60,920 nt of DNA from Armatimonadetes bacterium 13_1_40CM_64_14 (GTDB taxonomy: Bacteria; Sysuimicrobiota; Sysuimicrobiia; Sysuimicrobiales; Kaftiobacteriaceae), in NCBI GenBank assembly GCA_001917855.1, contig MNEU01000086.1, forward strand, positions 1-60,920. Reading direction: 5' to 3'. Below the pieces are notes generated by a model. It made no database searches. It saw nothing but the letters and a program-made list of their open reading frames with translations, and was not told the origin of the DNA. A program made the position numbers and the translations under genes. Below, in pieces: positions 9,557-19,101 of this stretch. Each line of letters starts with the position of its first letter. The first letter of the stretch is position 1.

Positions 9557-10575
9557 CGGAGTCCGCGGGCACCGGGATGGGCCTCCGCGGTTCGACGATC
9601 ACCGGCATCGGCCGCTATTTGCCTCGGCGGATCATGACCAACCACGAAATTGAGAAGATGGTGGACACGTCGGATGAGTGGATTGTCACGAGGACCGGGA
9701 TTAGAGAGCGGCGGATTGCGGCCCCCGAGGAGGCCAGCTCGGATCTTGCGTACGCGGCATCGCAAGAGGCGCTCGCCGGTGCGGGGATCACCCCCGCGCA
9801 GCTTGACCTCATCATCGTCGGGACCGCAACTCCGGACATGTTGTTCCCGGCCACCGCCTGTATCCTCCAGGACCGGTTGGGGGCCAAGCAGGCCGGGGCC
9901 TTCGACCTTTCCGCCGCCTGCAGCAGTTGGGTGTACGCGGTGGCCGTCGCGCACGGGTACATCGCCGCAGGGCTCGCGAAAACGGTGCTCGTGGCGGGCG
10001 CGGAAACGCTGTCGAAGTTCACGAACTGGAAAGACCGCGACACCTGCGTACTGTTCGGGGACTCCGCCGGGGCCGTAGTCATGCAAGCCTGCGAGCCGGG
10101 AAGCGGATTCTTGTCATTCTATCTCGGGGCGGATGGAGCGGGGGGGTCGCTGATCGCCATTCCCGCCGGCGGCTCGCGGATCCCTGCCAGCTTTGAGTCG
10201 ATCGAGCGCAATCAGCACTTCATGCAGATGAACGGTCGCGAGGTCTACAAGTTTGCGGTCCGCTGCATCCCCAAAGCCATCGAGGAAGCCGTACAGCGCG
10301 CGCACCTGACCATCGATGACGTCGACGTGTTCATCCCCCATCAGGCCAACATCCGCATCATCGACGCCGCCGCCGGGCGGTTAGGCCAGCCCCGCGAGAA
10401 GTTCTTCATCAACGTCGAACGGTATGGCAACACGTCGTCCGCCTCCGTGCCGGTCGCGCTGTACGAGGCTGTGGAAGGCGGCCGCGTGAAACCCGGCGAT
10501 GTGGTCGTGCTGGTGGCCTTCGGCGGCGGCTTGACGTGGGGCTCCTGCGCCCTGCGCTGGACGAAACCGTCCTGA
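9553..10575 (+). CDS. fabH: 3-oxoacyl-ACP synthase III
   Basis: DTSDEWI..RTGI, AACS, HQAN, GNTSSAS, FGGG; GTG start overlaps the plsX stop. Confidence 0.96.
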   Translation: MTESAGTGMGLRGSTITGIGRYLPRRIMTNHEIEKMVDTSDEWIVTRTGIRERRIAAPEEASSDLAYAASQEALAGAGITPAQLDLIIVGTATPDMLFPATACILQDRLGAKQAGAFDLSAACSSWVYAVAVAHGYIAAGLAKTVLVAGAETLSKFTNWKDRDTCVLFGDSAGAVVMQACEPGSGFLSFYLGADGAGGSLIAIPAGGSRIPASFESIERNQHFMQMNGREVYKFAVRCIPKAIEEAVQRAHLTIDDVDVFIPHQANIRIIDAAAGRLGQPREKFFINVERYGNTSSASVPVALYEAVEGGRVKPGDVVVLVAFGGGLTWGSCALRWTKPS

Positions 10576-10585
10576 CCATCCCCCC

Positions 10586-11542
10586 ATGACCATCGCGTTC
10601 GTGTTCCCAGGCCAGGGCGCGCAACACGCCGGGATGGGCAAAGCCCTCGCCGCCGCCTCCGCCCCCGCCCGTCAGATCTTTGCGCGTGCGGATGCGTCCC
10701 TGGGATTCGCGCTGTCGGCCCTCTGTTGGGAAGGACCAGAGGAGACCCTGCGCCAGACGGAAAATACGCAGCCCGCGATCTTGGCGACCAGTATCGCCTG
10801 CCTGGCTGCGCTCCAGGCGCACGGCGTAGCACCCTCCCTGGTCGCGGGCCTCAGTGTGGGGGAGTACGCGGCGCTGGTCTGCGTCCAGGCCATGCGCCTG
10901 GAGGACGCCCTCGCCGTCGTCCGGCGCAGAGGTCTCCTCATGCAAGGAGCCGCCGCCGGGCGGCAGACGGCCATGGCTGCTATCCTAGGCCTGGACGCGC
11001 CCGCTGCTCTGCAGGTGTGCCGTGAGGCAGCCTCCCGGGGAGTCGTAGAACCATCCAACTTCAACAGTCCGGACCAGATCGTGATTGCCGGCGACGCAGA
11101 CGCGGTGCATGAAGCTATCCGGCTGGCCAAGACCGCAGGAGCCAAACGCGCCGTGCTGCTGCCCGTGAGTGCACCGTTTCACACCAGTTTGATGCGATCT
11201 GCATCTGTGCAGCTGGCGGAGGTCCTGGCCAGCGTTACGATCTCCGCGCCTGTCGTCCCTGTCGTGAGTAACGTGACCGCCCAGCCCATCCGCCGGCCCG
11301 TCGAAATCCGTCGGCTGCTGGTCGAGCAAGTTGCGAGCCCTGTGCGGTGGGATGCATCGGTGTCCGCCATGACCGCGGCCGGGGTGGACACTTTCGTCGA
11401 GATCGGTCCGGGCACGACCCTGTCGGGCCTGATCCGCAAGACCGCGCCGTCTGCCCGAGTGGCGAACGTCAACGATCCGGCCTCCCTTCAGGCGGCCGTC
11501 CGGCTCCTGCAGCCCGTCGTCCAGGGTACGGGCAATGGGTAA
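10586..11542 (+). CDS. fabD: malonyl-CoA:ACP transacylase
   Basis: FPGQG, TQPA, GLSVGEY, SAPFH. Confidence 0.96.
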   Translation: MTIAFVFPGQGAQHAGMGKALAAASAPARQIFARADASLGFALSALCWEGPEETLRQTENTQPAILATSIACLAALQAHGVAPSLVAGLSVGEYAALVCVQAMRLEDALAVVRRRGLLMQGAAAGRQTAMAAILGLDAPAALQVCREAASRGVVEPSNFNSPDQIVIAGDADAVHEAIRLAKTAGAKRAVLLPVSAPFHTSLMRSASVQLAEVLASVTISAPVVPVVSNVTAQPIRRPVEIRRLLVEQVASPVRWDASVSAMTAAGVDTFVEIGPGTTLSGLIRKTAPSARVANVNDPASLQAAVRLLQPVVQGTGNG

Positions 11543-12284
11543 ACTCGACACGCAGGTGGCGATCGTGACGGGCGGCTCGGGGGCGCTGGGCCGCGCTATC
11601 TCCACCGCCCTGGCGGCGGAGGGCGCCGCGGTCGTTGTCCACTACGCCTCGCACCGCAACGCCGCAGAAGCGGTCGTCGGAGCCATCAGCGAGCTGGGTG
11701 GACGCGCGGCGAGCGTCCAAGCCGATCTGTCCTCACCCGAGGGGGCGCGCCAACTGGTCGCATTCGCTCTGGAGTCGTTCGGAAAAATCGACATCCTCGT
11801 CAACAACGCCGGCATGATCCGCGACACGCTCATCCTGCGCATGAAGGACGAGGACTGGTCGACGGTCCTGCACACGAATCTCAGCAGCGCATTCTACTGC
11901 ACAAAGGCCGTGCTGCGCGAATTCGTCCGTCAGCACGGGGGCCGGATCATCAACATCGCCTCCATCGTCGCCGAAGTCGGCAATCCTGGGCAGGCGAACT
12001 ATGTCGCGGCGAAGGCGGGGCTCATCGGATTGACCAAAGCTGTCGCACGGGAGGTAGCCACGCGCGGCATTACCGTCAATGCGGTAGCTCCCGGGTTCAT
12101 CGAAGCCGGGATGACATCCCGGCTATCCCCCGAGCAGACGAGGACCCACATAGAGCAGGTCCCGTTGGGACGAGCGGGGAAACCTGAGGAGGTCGCCGCC
12201 GCTGTGGTCTTCTTCGCCTCTGACGACGCCGCGTACATCACCGGTCAGGTGTTGAATGTGGACGGCGGCCTGGTCATGAGGTAG
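11535..12284 (+). CDS. fabG: 3-oxoacyl-ACP reductase
   Basis: TGGSGALG, NNAG, YVAAK, NAVAPG, VDGG. Confidence 0.95.
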   Translation: MGKLDTQVAIVTGGSGALGRAISTALAAEGAAVVVHYASHRNAAEAVVGAISELGGRAASVQADLSSPEGARQLVAFALESFGKIDILVNNAGMIRDTLILRMKDEDWSTVLHTNLSSAFYCTKAVLREFVRQHGGRIINIASIVAEVGNPGQANYVAAKAGLIGLTKAVAREVATRGITVNAVAPGFIEAGMTSRLSPEQTRTHIEQVPLGRAGKPEEVAAAVVFFASDDAAYITGQVLNVDGGLVMR

Positions 12285-12415
12285 ACCAGAGCCCCCGCCG
12301 GCACAGTACCGAACAGCCGAAGGGGATCACCTTTTCAGGGCTAGATACCGGCCGCCGGTCTGCTAGAGTAGGAAGGCGGTAAAGCGGTTAGACTTATCCG
12401 GGGGTGGCAGGTCCG

Positions 12416-12667
12416 ATGGCATCAACCTTTGATCGTGTGAAGCACATCGTCGTCGAGCAGCTCGGGGTGGCCGCCGATGAGGTGGCGCCCGCGTCGTCGT
12501 TCGTGGACGACCTCGGCGCCGACTCGTTGGACGTCGTCGAGTTGGTGATGGCGCTGGAGGAAGAGTTCGGGGTCGAAATCCCCGACGAAGACGCCGAGAA
12601 AATCGCTACGGTGGGCGAGGCCGTCAAATATATCGAAACCCACATGAGCGAGCCCGCCACAGAATAG
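12416..12667 (+). CDS. acpP: acyl carrier protein
   Basis: [20 protein letters not shown]. Confidence 0.97.
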   Translation: MASTFDRVKHIVVEQLGVAADEVAPASSFVDDLGADSLDVVELVMALEEEFGVEIPDEDAEKIATVGEAVKYIETHMSEPATE

Positions 12668-12701
12668 CTCCCGTGATCTGCACAGAGCAGGGGAAGAGCC
12701 G

Positions 12702-13952
12702 ATGACACCGGGACGCCGGGTTGTCGTCACCGGCATTGGGGTCGTCAGCCCAATCGGCACCGGCAAAGACGCGTTCTGGGCGGGCCTGATGGCTGGGCAG
12801 AGCGGGGTTGGGCGCATTACACGGTTTGATCCCTCCGGGTTTGACACCACGATCGCCGCTGAAGTCCGCGACTTTGACCCTACCGCCTATATGGACAAGA
12901 AGGAGGTTCGGCGGAACGACCGTTTCGTCCACTTCGCCTACGCGGCCGCCCGCATGGCCCTCGACGATGCGCATTTCAGCATTACGCCTCAAAACGCCGA
13001 GCAAGTCGGCGTCGTGATTGGGTCGGGCATTGGGGGAGCGGAAACGTGGGAACGCCAGCATGAGATCCTGCTCGAACGCGGCCCCAGCCGCGTCAGCCCA
13101 TTCTTCGTCCCGATGATCATCGTGAATATGGCCGCCGGCGTCATCAGCATTCTCACCGGGGCGAAAGGACCTAGCAGCTCGGTGGTCACCGCCTGCGCCA
13201 CCAGCGGGAACGCCATCGGGGATGCCATGCGCCTGATTCATCGCGGGGAGGCCAACGCGATCATGGCCGGGGGGACAGAAGCTGCGATCACGAAGCTGAG
13301 CATTGCCGGGTTCTGTGCGATGAAAGCGATGTCCACGCGCAACGACGAGCCGACCAAGGCGGTGCGGCCCTTCGACGCCAAGCGCGATGGGTTTGTGATG
13401 GGGGAGGGATCCGGCATCGTCTTGCTCGAGGAGTTGGAGCAGGCCGTGAAGCGCGAGGCCCGGATCTACTGCGAACTCGTGGGCTACGGGAGTAGCGAGG
13501 ACGCGTATCACATCACGCAGCCGGATCCCGAGGGAGACGGCGCAGCCCGCAGCATGGCGAATGCGTTGCACGACGCCAAAATGGAGCCTAGTGAGATCCA
13601 GTACATTAACGCCCACGGCACGAGTACCCCGTACAATGACCGCACCGAGACGATTGCCATCAAGCGGGTCTTTGGAGGGGACGCCAAAAAGGTGCCGGTG
13701 AGCTCCACCAAGTCTATGACCGCGCACATGCTCGGGGCGGCCGGCGGAGTGGAGCTCATCGCGTCTGCGCTGGTTCTGCAGAATCAGGTGCTGCCGCCAA
13801 CGATCAACTACGAGTTCCCAGATCCCGAGTGCGACCTGGACTACGTCCCCAATACGCCGCGCAAGGCCGCGGTCCGGGCAGCAATGTCGAATGCTTTCGG
13901 GTTCGGCGGGCACAATGCCACCCTGATTGTCCGCACGTATGACGGCCGCTAA
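12702..13952 (+). CDS. fabF: 3-oxoacyl-ACP synthase II
   Basis: TACA, HGTST, KSMTAH, GFGG. Confidence 0.97.
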   Translation: MTPGRRVVVTGIGVVSPIGTGKDAFWAGLMAGQSGVGRITRFDPSGFDTTIAAEVRDFDPTAYMDKKEVRRNDRFVHFAYAAARMALDDAHFSITPQNAEQVGVVIGSGIGGAETWERQHEILLERGPSRVSPFFVPMIIVNMAAGVISILTGAKGPSSSVVTACATSGNAIGDAMRLIHRGEANAIMAGGTEAAITKLSIAGFCAMKAMSTRNDEPTKAVRPFDAKRDGFVMGEGSGIVLLEELEQAVKREARIYCELVGYGSSEDAYHITQPDPEGDGAARSMANALHDAKMEPSEIQYINAHGTSTPYNDRTETIAIKRVFGGDAKKVPVSSTKSMTAHMLGAAGGVELIASALVLQNQVLPPTINYEFPDPECDLDYVPNTPRKAAVRAAMSNAFGFGGHNATLIVRTYDGR

Positions 13953-14826
13953 CACCCCGCCCTCGGCTCCGGCGACGATCGACGCCGCTCGAGACGCTCA
14001 GCTCACCGACCTGGAAGGGAAGCTCGGCTCGCGCTTCCGCGACCGCCTGCTCCTCAGTCTCGCCCTCCAGCACGGATCGTATGCGCAGGGGGGCGGTCAT
14101 CAGGAGAATTACGAGCGGCTGGAGTTGCTGGGGGATGCCGTCTTGAGCCTGGTCGTCTGCGATCACCTGTATCACCAATACCCCGACGCTCCGGAGGGCG
14201 ACTTGGCGAAACTGCGGGCGCGGATCGTCAGCGAACCCTGGCTGGCGCGGATTGCGACCACACTCGATCTGGGACGGTACATTCTGCTGGGCAAAGGCGA
14301 GGAGAAAGCCGGAGGCCGGAACCGACCCGCCCTGCTCGCTGATGTGCTCGAGGCAGTACTGGGTGCCGTTTACATCGACTCAGGATTCGGCGTCGCGCAC
14401 GCGGTCGCGAGCCAACTGCTCCAGGACGCGTTCGACGAACTCGCCCTGCCGAGTGAGGACTACAAGAGCACCCTGCAGGAGCTTTTGCAAGAGCGCGAGC
14501 GCCGGATTCCCCGCTACCGGATCAGCAGTCAGGAGGGCCCCGACCACGCGAAGGTGTTCGTGGCCACGGTGGAAGCCGGAGGGCGAGTCCTGGGGGAGGG
14601 TAGGGGGCCCAGCAAGAAGCAGGCAGAACAAGCGGCAGCCCAGGAAGCGTTGCAACGTTTGGCTCGACGCACCCGAAACGCCGTTCCACCGCAAGCCTCC
14701 CGCTCCGGGGCGATTGGTTCAGAACCACAGCCTGCCGTCTCACGCCAGGGAGGGGGGCCCAACGCCCCCCGGGGAGCCGGTCGGGGGGCGCCACACAGTA
14801 AGGAGACAGGGCCGCGCGGCCGATGA
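13939..14826 (+). CDS. rnc: ribonuclease III
   Basis: ERLELLGDAVL, ADVLEA..GA, dsRBD (DYKSTLQE...GPDH..F...KKQAEQ); low-complexity C-terminal tail. Confidence 0.95.
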   Translation: MTAANTPPSAPATIDAARDAQLTDLEGKLGSRFRDRLLLSLALQHGSYAQGGGHQENYERLELLGDAVLSLVVCDHLYHQYPDAPEGDLAKLRARIVSEPWLARIATTLDLGRYILLGKGEEKAGGRNRPALLADVLEAVLGAVYIDSGFGVAHAVASQLLQDAFDELALPSEDYKSTLQELLQERERRIPRYRISSQEGPDHAKVFVATVEAGGRVLGEGRGPSKKQAEQAAAQEALQRLARRTRNAVPPQASRSGAIGSEPQPAVSRQGGGPNAPRGAGRGAPHSKETGPRGR

Positions 14827-15335
14827 AGCAACTGTGGGCGCCGTGGCGCGGCGAATACCTCCAGCAAGATCCCAAGACGGACCGCTGCATCTTTTGCGAG
14901 GCGGCGGGCGGGACGGATGATCGCGCCGCTCTGGTCGTGGCGCGGGGACAGCACTGCTTTGTGCTCATGAACCGGTTCCCCTATAATTCGGGTCACGTGA
15001 TGGTGGTCCCGACCCGCCACAGCGGAAATCTGCACGACCTCGACGACGGTGAGCTCGCAGAGATGTTTCGCTACATCGACTACTCTGCGCGCGTAGCGAA
15101 GCGGGCGTTGCGCGCCGAGGGATTCAATCTGGGGATGAACCTCGGCCGCGCGGCGGGGGCCGGGATCGTCGACCATCTCCACGTGCACGTGGTCCCCCGG
15201 TGGGTGGGAGATACAAACTTCATGCCGGTCTTGAGTGAGGTCAAGGTGATCTCTGAGCACCTCCAGACGACCTACCAGAAGCTGGCCGACGGGTTTGCGA
15301 TCATGCTCGCGGAGGTCCAGCCCCGTGGTGCATAA
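14823..15335 (+). CDS. HIT-family nucleotide hydrolase/phosphorylase (Ap4A phosphorylase-like)
   Basis: LWAPWR, CIFC, NRFPYNSGH, GAGI..HLHVHVVPRW.GDTNF. Confidence 0.9.
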   Translation: MKQLWAPWRGEYLQQDPKTDRCIFCEAAGGTDDRAALVVARGQHCFVLMNRFPYNSGHVMVVPTRHSGNLHDLDDGELAEMFRYIDYSARVAKRALRAEGFNLGMNLGRAAGAGIVDHLHVHVVPRWVGDTNFMPVLSEVKVISEHLQTTYQKLADGFAIMLAEVQPRGA

Positions 15336-15386
15336 GTCGGGTCAGCAACTGGGTATACCTCCTGCGATGGCATTGGGAGAGAGATT

Positions 15387-16670
15387 GTGTTGAGGACCGT
15401 TGCCGAGTTCATGGCGAAGGCCGTCGTCACCGCCGGCCCGCACGAGACGGTCGCGGCGGTAGCGCGCCGGATCACCAGTGCCGGGGTGGGGGGGGCGCCG
15501 ATCGTCGACGGGGACCGTGTCGTGGGACTGGTCACCCTGGAAGATCTCGTCGGCCAGCCTCCATACCGGTCCGTTCGTGAGGTGATGACTGTCGATATCG
15601 TGACCGCCCCGCCCACCGCGCGGATCACCGATGCCTCCGCGTTGATGGATCAACATCACATCGGGCGCCTGCCCATCGTGCAAGACGGCGCTCTGGTGGG
15701 CATTGTGACGCGGGCCGATTTGCTCAAAGAGCTCGGCCGGCTCACCGACCCGCTCACCGATCTGCCCTGGTCGGGGACGTTGCGCCAGCAGGCGGCCGAT
15801 CTCCTGAAAGCGGGTCGAGAAATCTCGGTGGTGTTTATGGACCTGGACGACTTCGGCCTCGCGAACAAGCTCTACGGCCATGTCGTCGGCGATCGGGTCA
15901 TCCAGGCCGTCGGCACACTCCTGCGGGAGAAGACGGATCCCGATACGGATGTCATCTGCCGGTATGCTGGCGATGAGTTCGCGATCGTAACCACGCGCAG
16001 TATCGAGAATAGCCTGGAGCTCGCCCACGACTTGCGCAAAGCCGTCCTGGCCCTCGATGTCGCCGGCGCACCCCCCGGATCGATTAACGCCTCCTTCGGA
16101 GTAGCGGGCGGAAAGCGCGCCACGGAGCGACAGGACATCCACTACGATGCGACAGTTGATGATCTCCTGACGATGGCGAGCCGGGCGTCGACCGTGGCCA
16201 AGCGGACGAACGCGCGTGTTCTGCACAGCTCGCAGGTGAAAGCGGTCATTCAGCCCACCGCCGTCGAAGGAGATCGCCGGATCGTCATCCGGCGCATCGA
16301 TCTCGGTGTGGAAGATGGTCGGGGGACCGCGATCGTCGAATTAGAATACGAAGGCCGCCGGGTTACGGGCCGCGCCGAAGGATCCGTGTTGGGCAGTGGC
16401 GGTCTGCGGCTGTTAGTGGACGCTACCGTGACCGCGGTGCGGCAGTGGCTGCCCCCGCAGTGGCAGGTCGTGGTCGAGGAGATCGCCCGCACGCCCCTGG
16501 CCCAAGGCGAAGCCGTGCACATTTTGTTCGTCACCGGCGCCCCGCATACCGAGGAGCGCCTCGTCGTCGGCTCAGCCCTGTATACGGCGGATCCCCACGA
16601 AGCGGTCGTCAAGGCGACGATGAAGGCTATGAATCGCGTCCTGGCGCACGCGCCCGAGGTGTCCGCCTAA
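15387..16670 (+). CDS. CBS-pair + GGDEF-family (AGDEF) protein with a C-terminal LeuA-regulatory-like domain
   Basis: Two CBS repeats, DPLT, DLDDF..NKLYGH..GD, RYAGDEF; C-terminal about 125 aa domain ending VGSA..D..AV.KA..AMNR. Confidence 0.85.
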   Translation: MLRTVAEFMAKAVVTAGPHETVAAVARRITSAGVGGAPIVDGDRVVGLVTLEDLVGQPPYRSVREVMTVDIVTAPPTARITDASALMDQHHIGRLPIVQDGALVGIVTRADLLKELGRLTDPLTDLPWSGTLRQQAADLLKAGREISVVFMDLDDFGLANKLYGHVVGDRVIQAVGTLLREKTDPDTDVICRYAGDEFAIVTTRSIENSLELAHDLRKAVLALDVAGAPPGSINASFGVAGGKRATERQDIHYDATVDDLLTMASRASTVAKRTNARVLHSSQVKAVIQPTAVEGDRRIVIRRIDLGVEDGRGTAIVELEYEGRRVTGRAEGSVLGSGGLRLLVDATVTAVRQWLPPQWQVVVEEIARTPLAQGEAVHILFVTGAPHTEERLVVGSALYTADPHEAVVKATMKAMNRVLAHAPEVSA

Positions 16671-16720
16671 CCCCCCCCAGAACTTCCCGCAGTCCTCGCG
16701 CGTCTGCTGACCACGAGGGA

Positions 16721-18043
16721 TTAGGATGCCTCTGGCTTCCGGCGGATGTCGACGCGGCCGATGCGCCGACCGACGATGGTTTCCACTGTGAACTCCAGCC
16801 CTCCCATTGAGAACTTCGTACCTGGTTCAGGAATCGTCCCCAGGTGGTAGAAGATGAATCCGCCCAGCGTGTTGGCTTGGTCGCTGGAAAGCGCCAACCC
16901 GAACAGGTCGTTAAGGGTGGTCAAGTCGATCGAGGCCTCCACCACGATGCGGTCGGGCTCCTTCAGGTGCACGAGGGGCGGCCGGGACTGATACTCCCCC
17001 GGAATTTCCCCGACAATCTCCTCGAGGAGATCTTCAATAGTCACGATCCCGGCCGTGCTGCCGTATTCCTCCAAGACGACGGCGAGTTGGGAGCGGCCGT
17101 GCCGCATCTCCTCGAGCAGGTCCACCACTGATTTGGTTTCCGGCACGTAGAGAACCGGCCGTGCGACCTCCGCGACAGGGCGATCGGCGCGACCGTCGGC
17201 GAGGGCGATCAGCAGATCCTTCGCGTGGACCGCCCCGATGATCTGATCGAGGTCGTCGCCGATCATCGGGAGGAGGGTGAACCCGCGTTGCCGGACGAGG
17301 TCGACCGCATCCCGCACCGTCTGGGTTTTCCGCACGGCAGCGATCGCCGTACGTGGGGTCATGACCTCACCTGCGGTCCGGTCGGTGAGGCGGAAGACAC
17401 GGCGCACCAGGGAGGCCTCCTCACGCTCGAGCACACCAGCTCGGCGCGACTCGCCCACGAGCATAACGAGTTCCTCCCGCTGGTATGCCACGTGCCGCCC
17501 TGCGGGGGCGCGGAGGCCAAACAAGCGCAGGGACCCGTTGGCTACGGTGTTCAGCGTCCAGATGACCGGCCGGAAGAGGCGCGAGAGTGCCACGGTGGGC
17601 GGCAAGACCAACATGGCGGTGGACTCCGCATTCCACAAGGCCATACTCTTGGGCGCCAGCTCTCCGAAGGTAATGTGCAAGACCGTAATGAGAGCGTACG
17701 CGAGGGTAGCCGACACGGTGTGGAGGGCCACCGATCGCCAGCCGGTGGGGAGATCGGAGACCAGCGGCTCGATCACCGCGGTCAGCGTCGGCGTGCCAAT
17801 CCATCCCAGCGCGAGGCTGGCCATCGTAATCCCCAGCTGCGTGGCCGCCACATAGGGCTCCGGGTGATCGATGACACGCTGCACCAATCCCGCACGGCGG
17901 TGGCCCTGACGGACAAGTTGCGCAATGCGGGTTCGGCGTGTCGTGACGATCGCAAACTCCGCCGCGACGAACAGGGCGTTGGCCGCCACGAGGCCAACCA
18001 CGCCCAGCAGGCGCAGCGCGATCAATCCCGGAGAGAACTCCAT
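16721..18043 (-). CDS. hemolysin-family/CorC (CNNM-CBS-CorC) membrane protein
   Basis: FVAAEFA, TQLGIT, GELAPK, VMTPR, EYG.TAGIVT.EDLLEEIVGEI, TLGG. Confidence 0.92.
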   Translation of the reverse strand: MEFSPGLIALRLLGVVGLVAANALFVAAEFAIVTTRRTRIAQLVRQGHRRAGLVQRVIDHPEPYVAATQLGITMASLALGWIGTPTLTAVIEPLVSDLPTGWRSVALHTVSATLAYALITVLHITFGELAPKSMALWNAESTAMLVLPPTVALSRLFRPVIWTLNTVANGSLRLFGLRAPAGRHVAYQREELVMLVGESRRAGVLEREEASLVRRVFRLTDRTAGEVMTPRTAIAAVRKTQTVRDAVDLVRQRGFTLLPMIGDDLDQIIGAVHAKDLLIALADGRADRPVAEVARPVLYVPETKSVVDLLEEMRHGRSQLAVVLEEYGSTAGIVTIEDLLEEIVGEIPGEYQSRPPLVHLKEPDRIVVEASIDLTTLNDLFGLALSSDQANTLGGFIFYHLGTIPEPGTKFSMGGLEFTVETIVGRRIGRVDIRRKPEAS

Positions 18044-18117
18044 GCTAGATCACCTCGGTCGTTGGACTTCCGCGTAATCGCCGCAGCTTCCCTGCCAATC
18101 CGCCTCATTGTGCGTCC

Positions 18118-18147
18118 TTGACGCTACGTAAAGGGCGACGATACAAT
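18118..18147 (+). promoter_or_regulatory. putative promoter of the paa operon
   Basis: TTGACG-18 nt-TACAAT ending 10 nt before ATG 18157. Confidence 0.55.
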
Positions 18148-18156
18148 CAAGATGGC

Positions 18157-19101
18157 ATGACCGACCCGCACGCCCTGCCTCCCGACGATCCCGACCAGCT
18201 CGCCACGTTTGAAGCCCACCTTGCTGCCGGAGACCGCATTGAGGCGGGGGAGTGGATGCCGCAGCAGTATCGTGCCGAGTGCCTCCGGCTCATCCAGATG
18301 CACGCCAATTCGGAGCTGATGGGGGCGTTGCCCGAACGCGAGTGGATCCCGCGCGCACCCACCCTGGCACGGAAGATTGCCTTAGTCGCGAAAGTGCAGG
18401 ACGAAGTGGGGCATGCCCAGCTCCTGTACCGGGTGGCCGAGGATCTCGGCAAGCCCCGCCGCCAAATGATCGAAGATCTCCTCGCGGGCCGTAGCAAGTT
18501 CCACAACGTATTCCACTATCCGGCGGACACCTGGGCGGATGTGGCGGTAATTCAGGTGTTTGTCGATGGCGCGGCGATGCAGACTCAAGGCTCGTTGCGC
18601 GCGTGCAGCTATGCGCCCTACGCGCGGGTCTTAAAGCGCGTCTGCTACGAAGAAGACTTCCACATCCGGTTGGGAATCGATGCTCATCGCGCTCTAGCCG
18701 AAGGGACGCCGCGCCAGCGCGCCATGCTCCAAGACGCGATCGACCGCTGGTGGCAACCGATCATGCACTTTTTCGGCCCGCGCGATCAGGCCTCGCCACA
18801 CCTGGAAACGATGATGCGCTGGCGGATCAAGGTCAAGACTAACGATGAGCTCCGCCAACAGTTCCTGCGCCAGTTTGTCCCGCTGATCACTGACTACGGT
18901 CTTCGGGTCCCCGATGCCCAGTTGCGGTGGAACGAGACCGACCAGCGTTACGATTATAGCGAGCCCGACTGGGACGAATTCCGGCGGGTGATTCGCGGGG
19001 AAGGACCGAAGAGCGCCGCGCGCTTACAGCTGCGCAACGAGTACTGGCGCAAGCACCAATGGGTGCGCGAGGCCATGGACTCCTGGAGGTTAGCCGCATG
19101 A
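18157..19101 (+). CDS. paaA: phenylacetyl-CoA epoxidase catalytic subunit A
   Basis: HANSELMG.LPE, RAPTL.RK, KVQDEVGH, SYAPYAR, EEDFH, FGP diiron motifs. Confidence 0.93.
   Translation: MTDPHALPPDDPDQLATFEAHLAAGDRIEAGEWMPQQYRAECLRLIQMHANSELMGALPEREWIPRAPTLARKIALVAKVQDEVGHAQLLYRVAEDLGKPRRQMIEDLLAGRSKFHNVFHYPADTWADVAVIQVFVDGAAMQTQGSLRACSYAPYARVLKRVCYEEDFHIRLGIDAHRALAEGTPRQRAMLQDAIDRWWQPIMHFFGPRDQASPHLETMMRWRIKVKTNDELRQQFLRQFVPLITDYGLRVPDAQLRWNETDQRYDYSEPDWDEFRRVIRGEGPKSAARLQLRNEYWRKHQWVREAMDSWRLAA

Noticed and set aside
12624-13955. 443-aa minus-strand ORF and similar long antisense ORFs (17225-18121, 26474-27505, 15342-16226)
   Set aside because: Shadows of well-supported genes, expected in high-GC coding DNA; no motifs.
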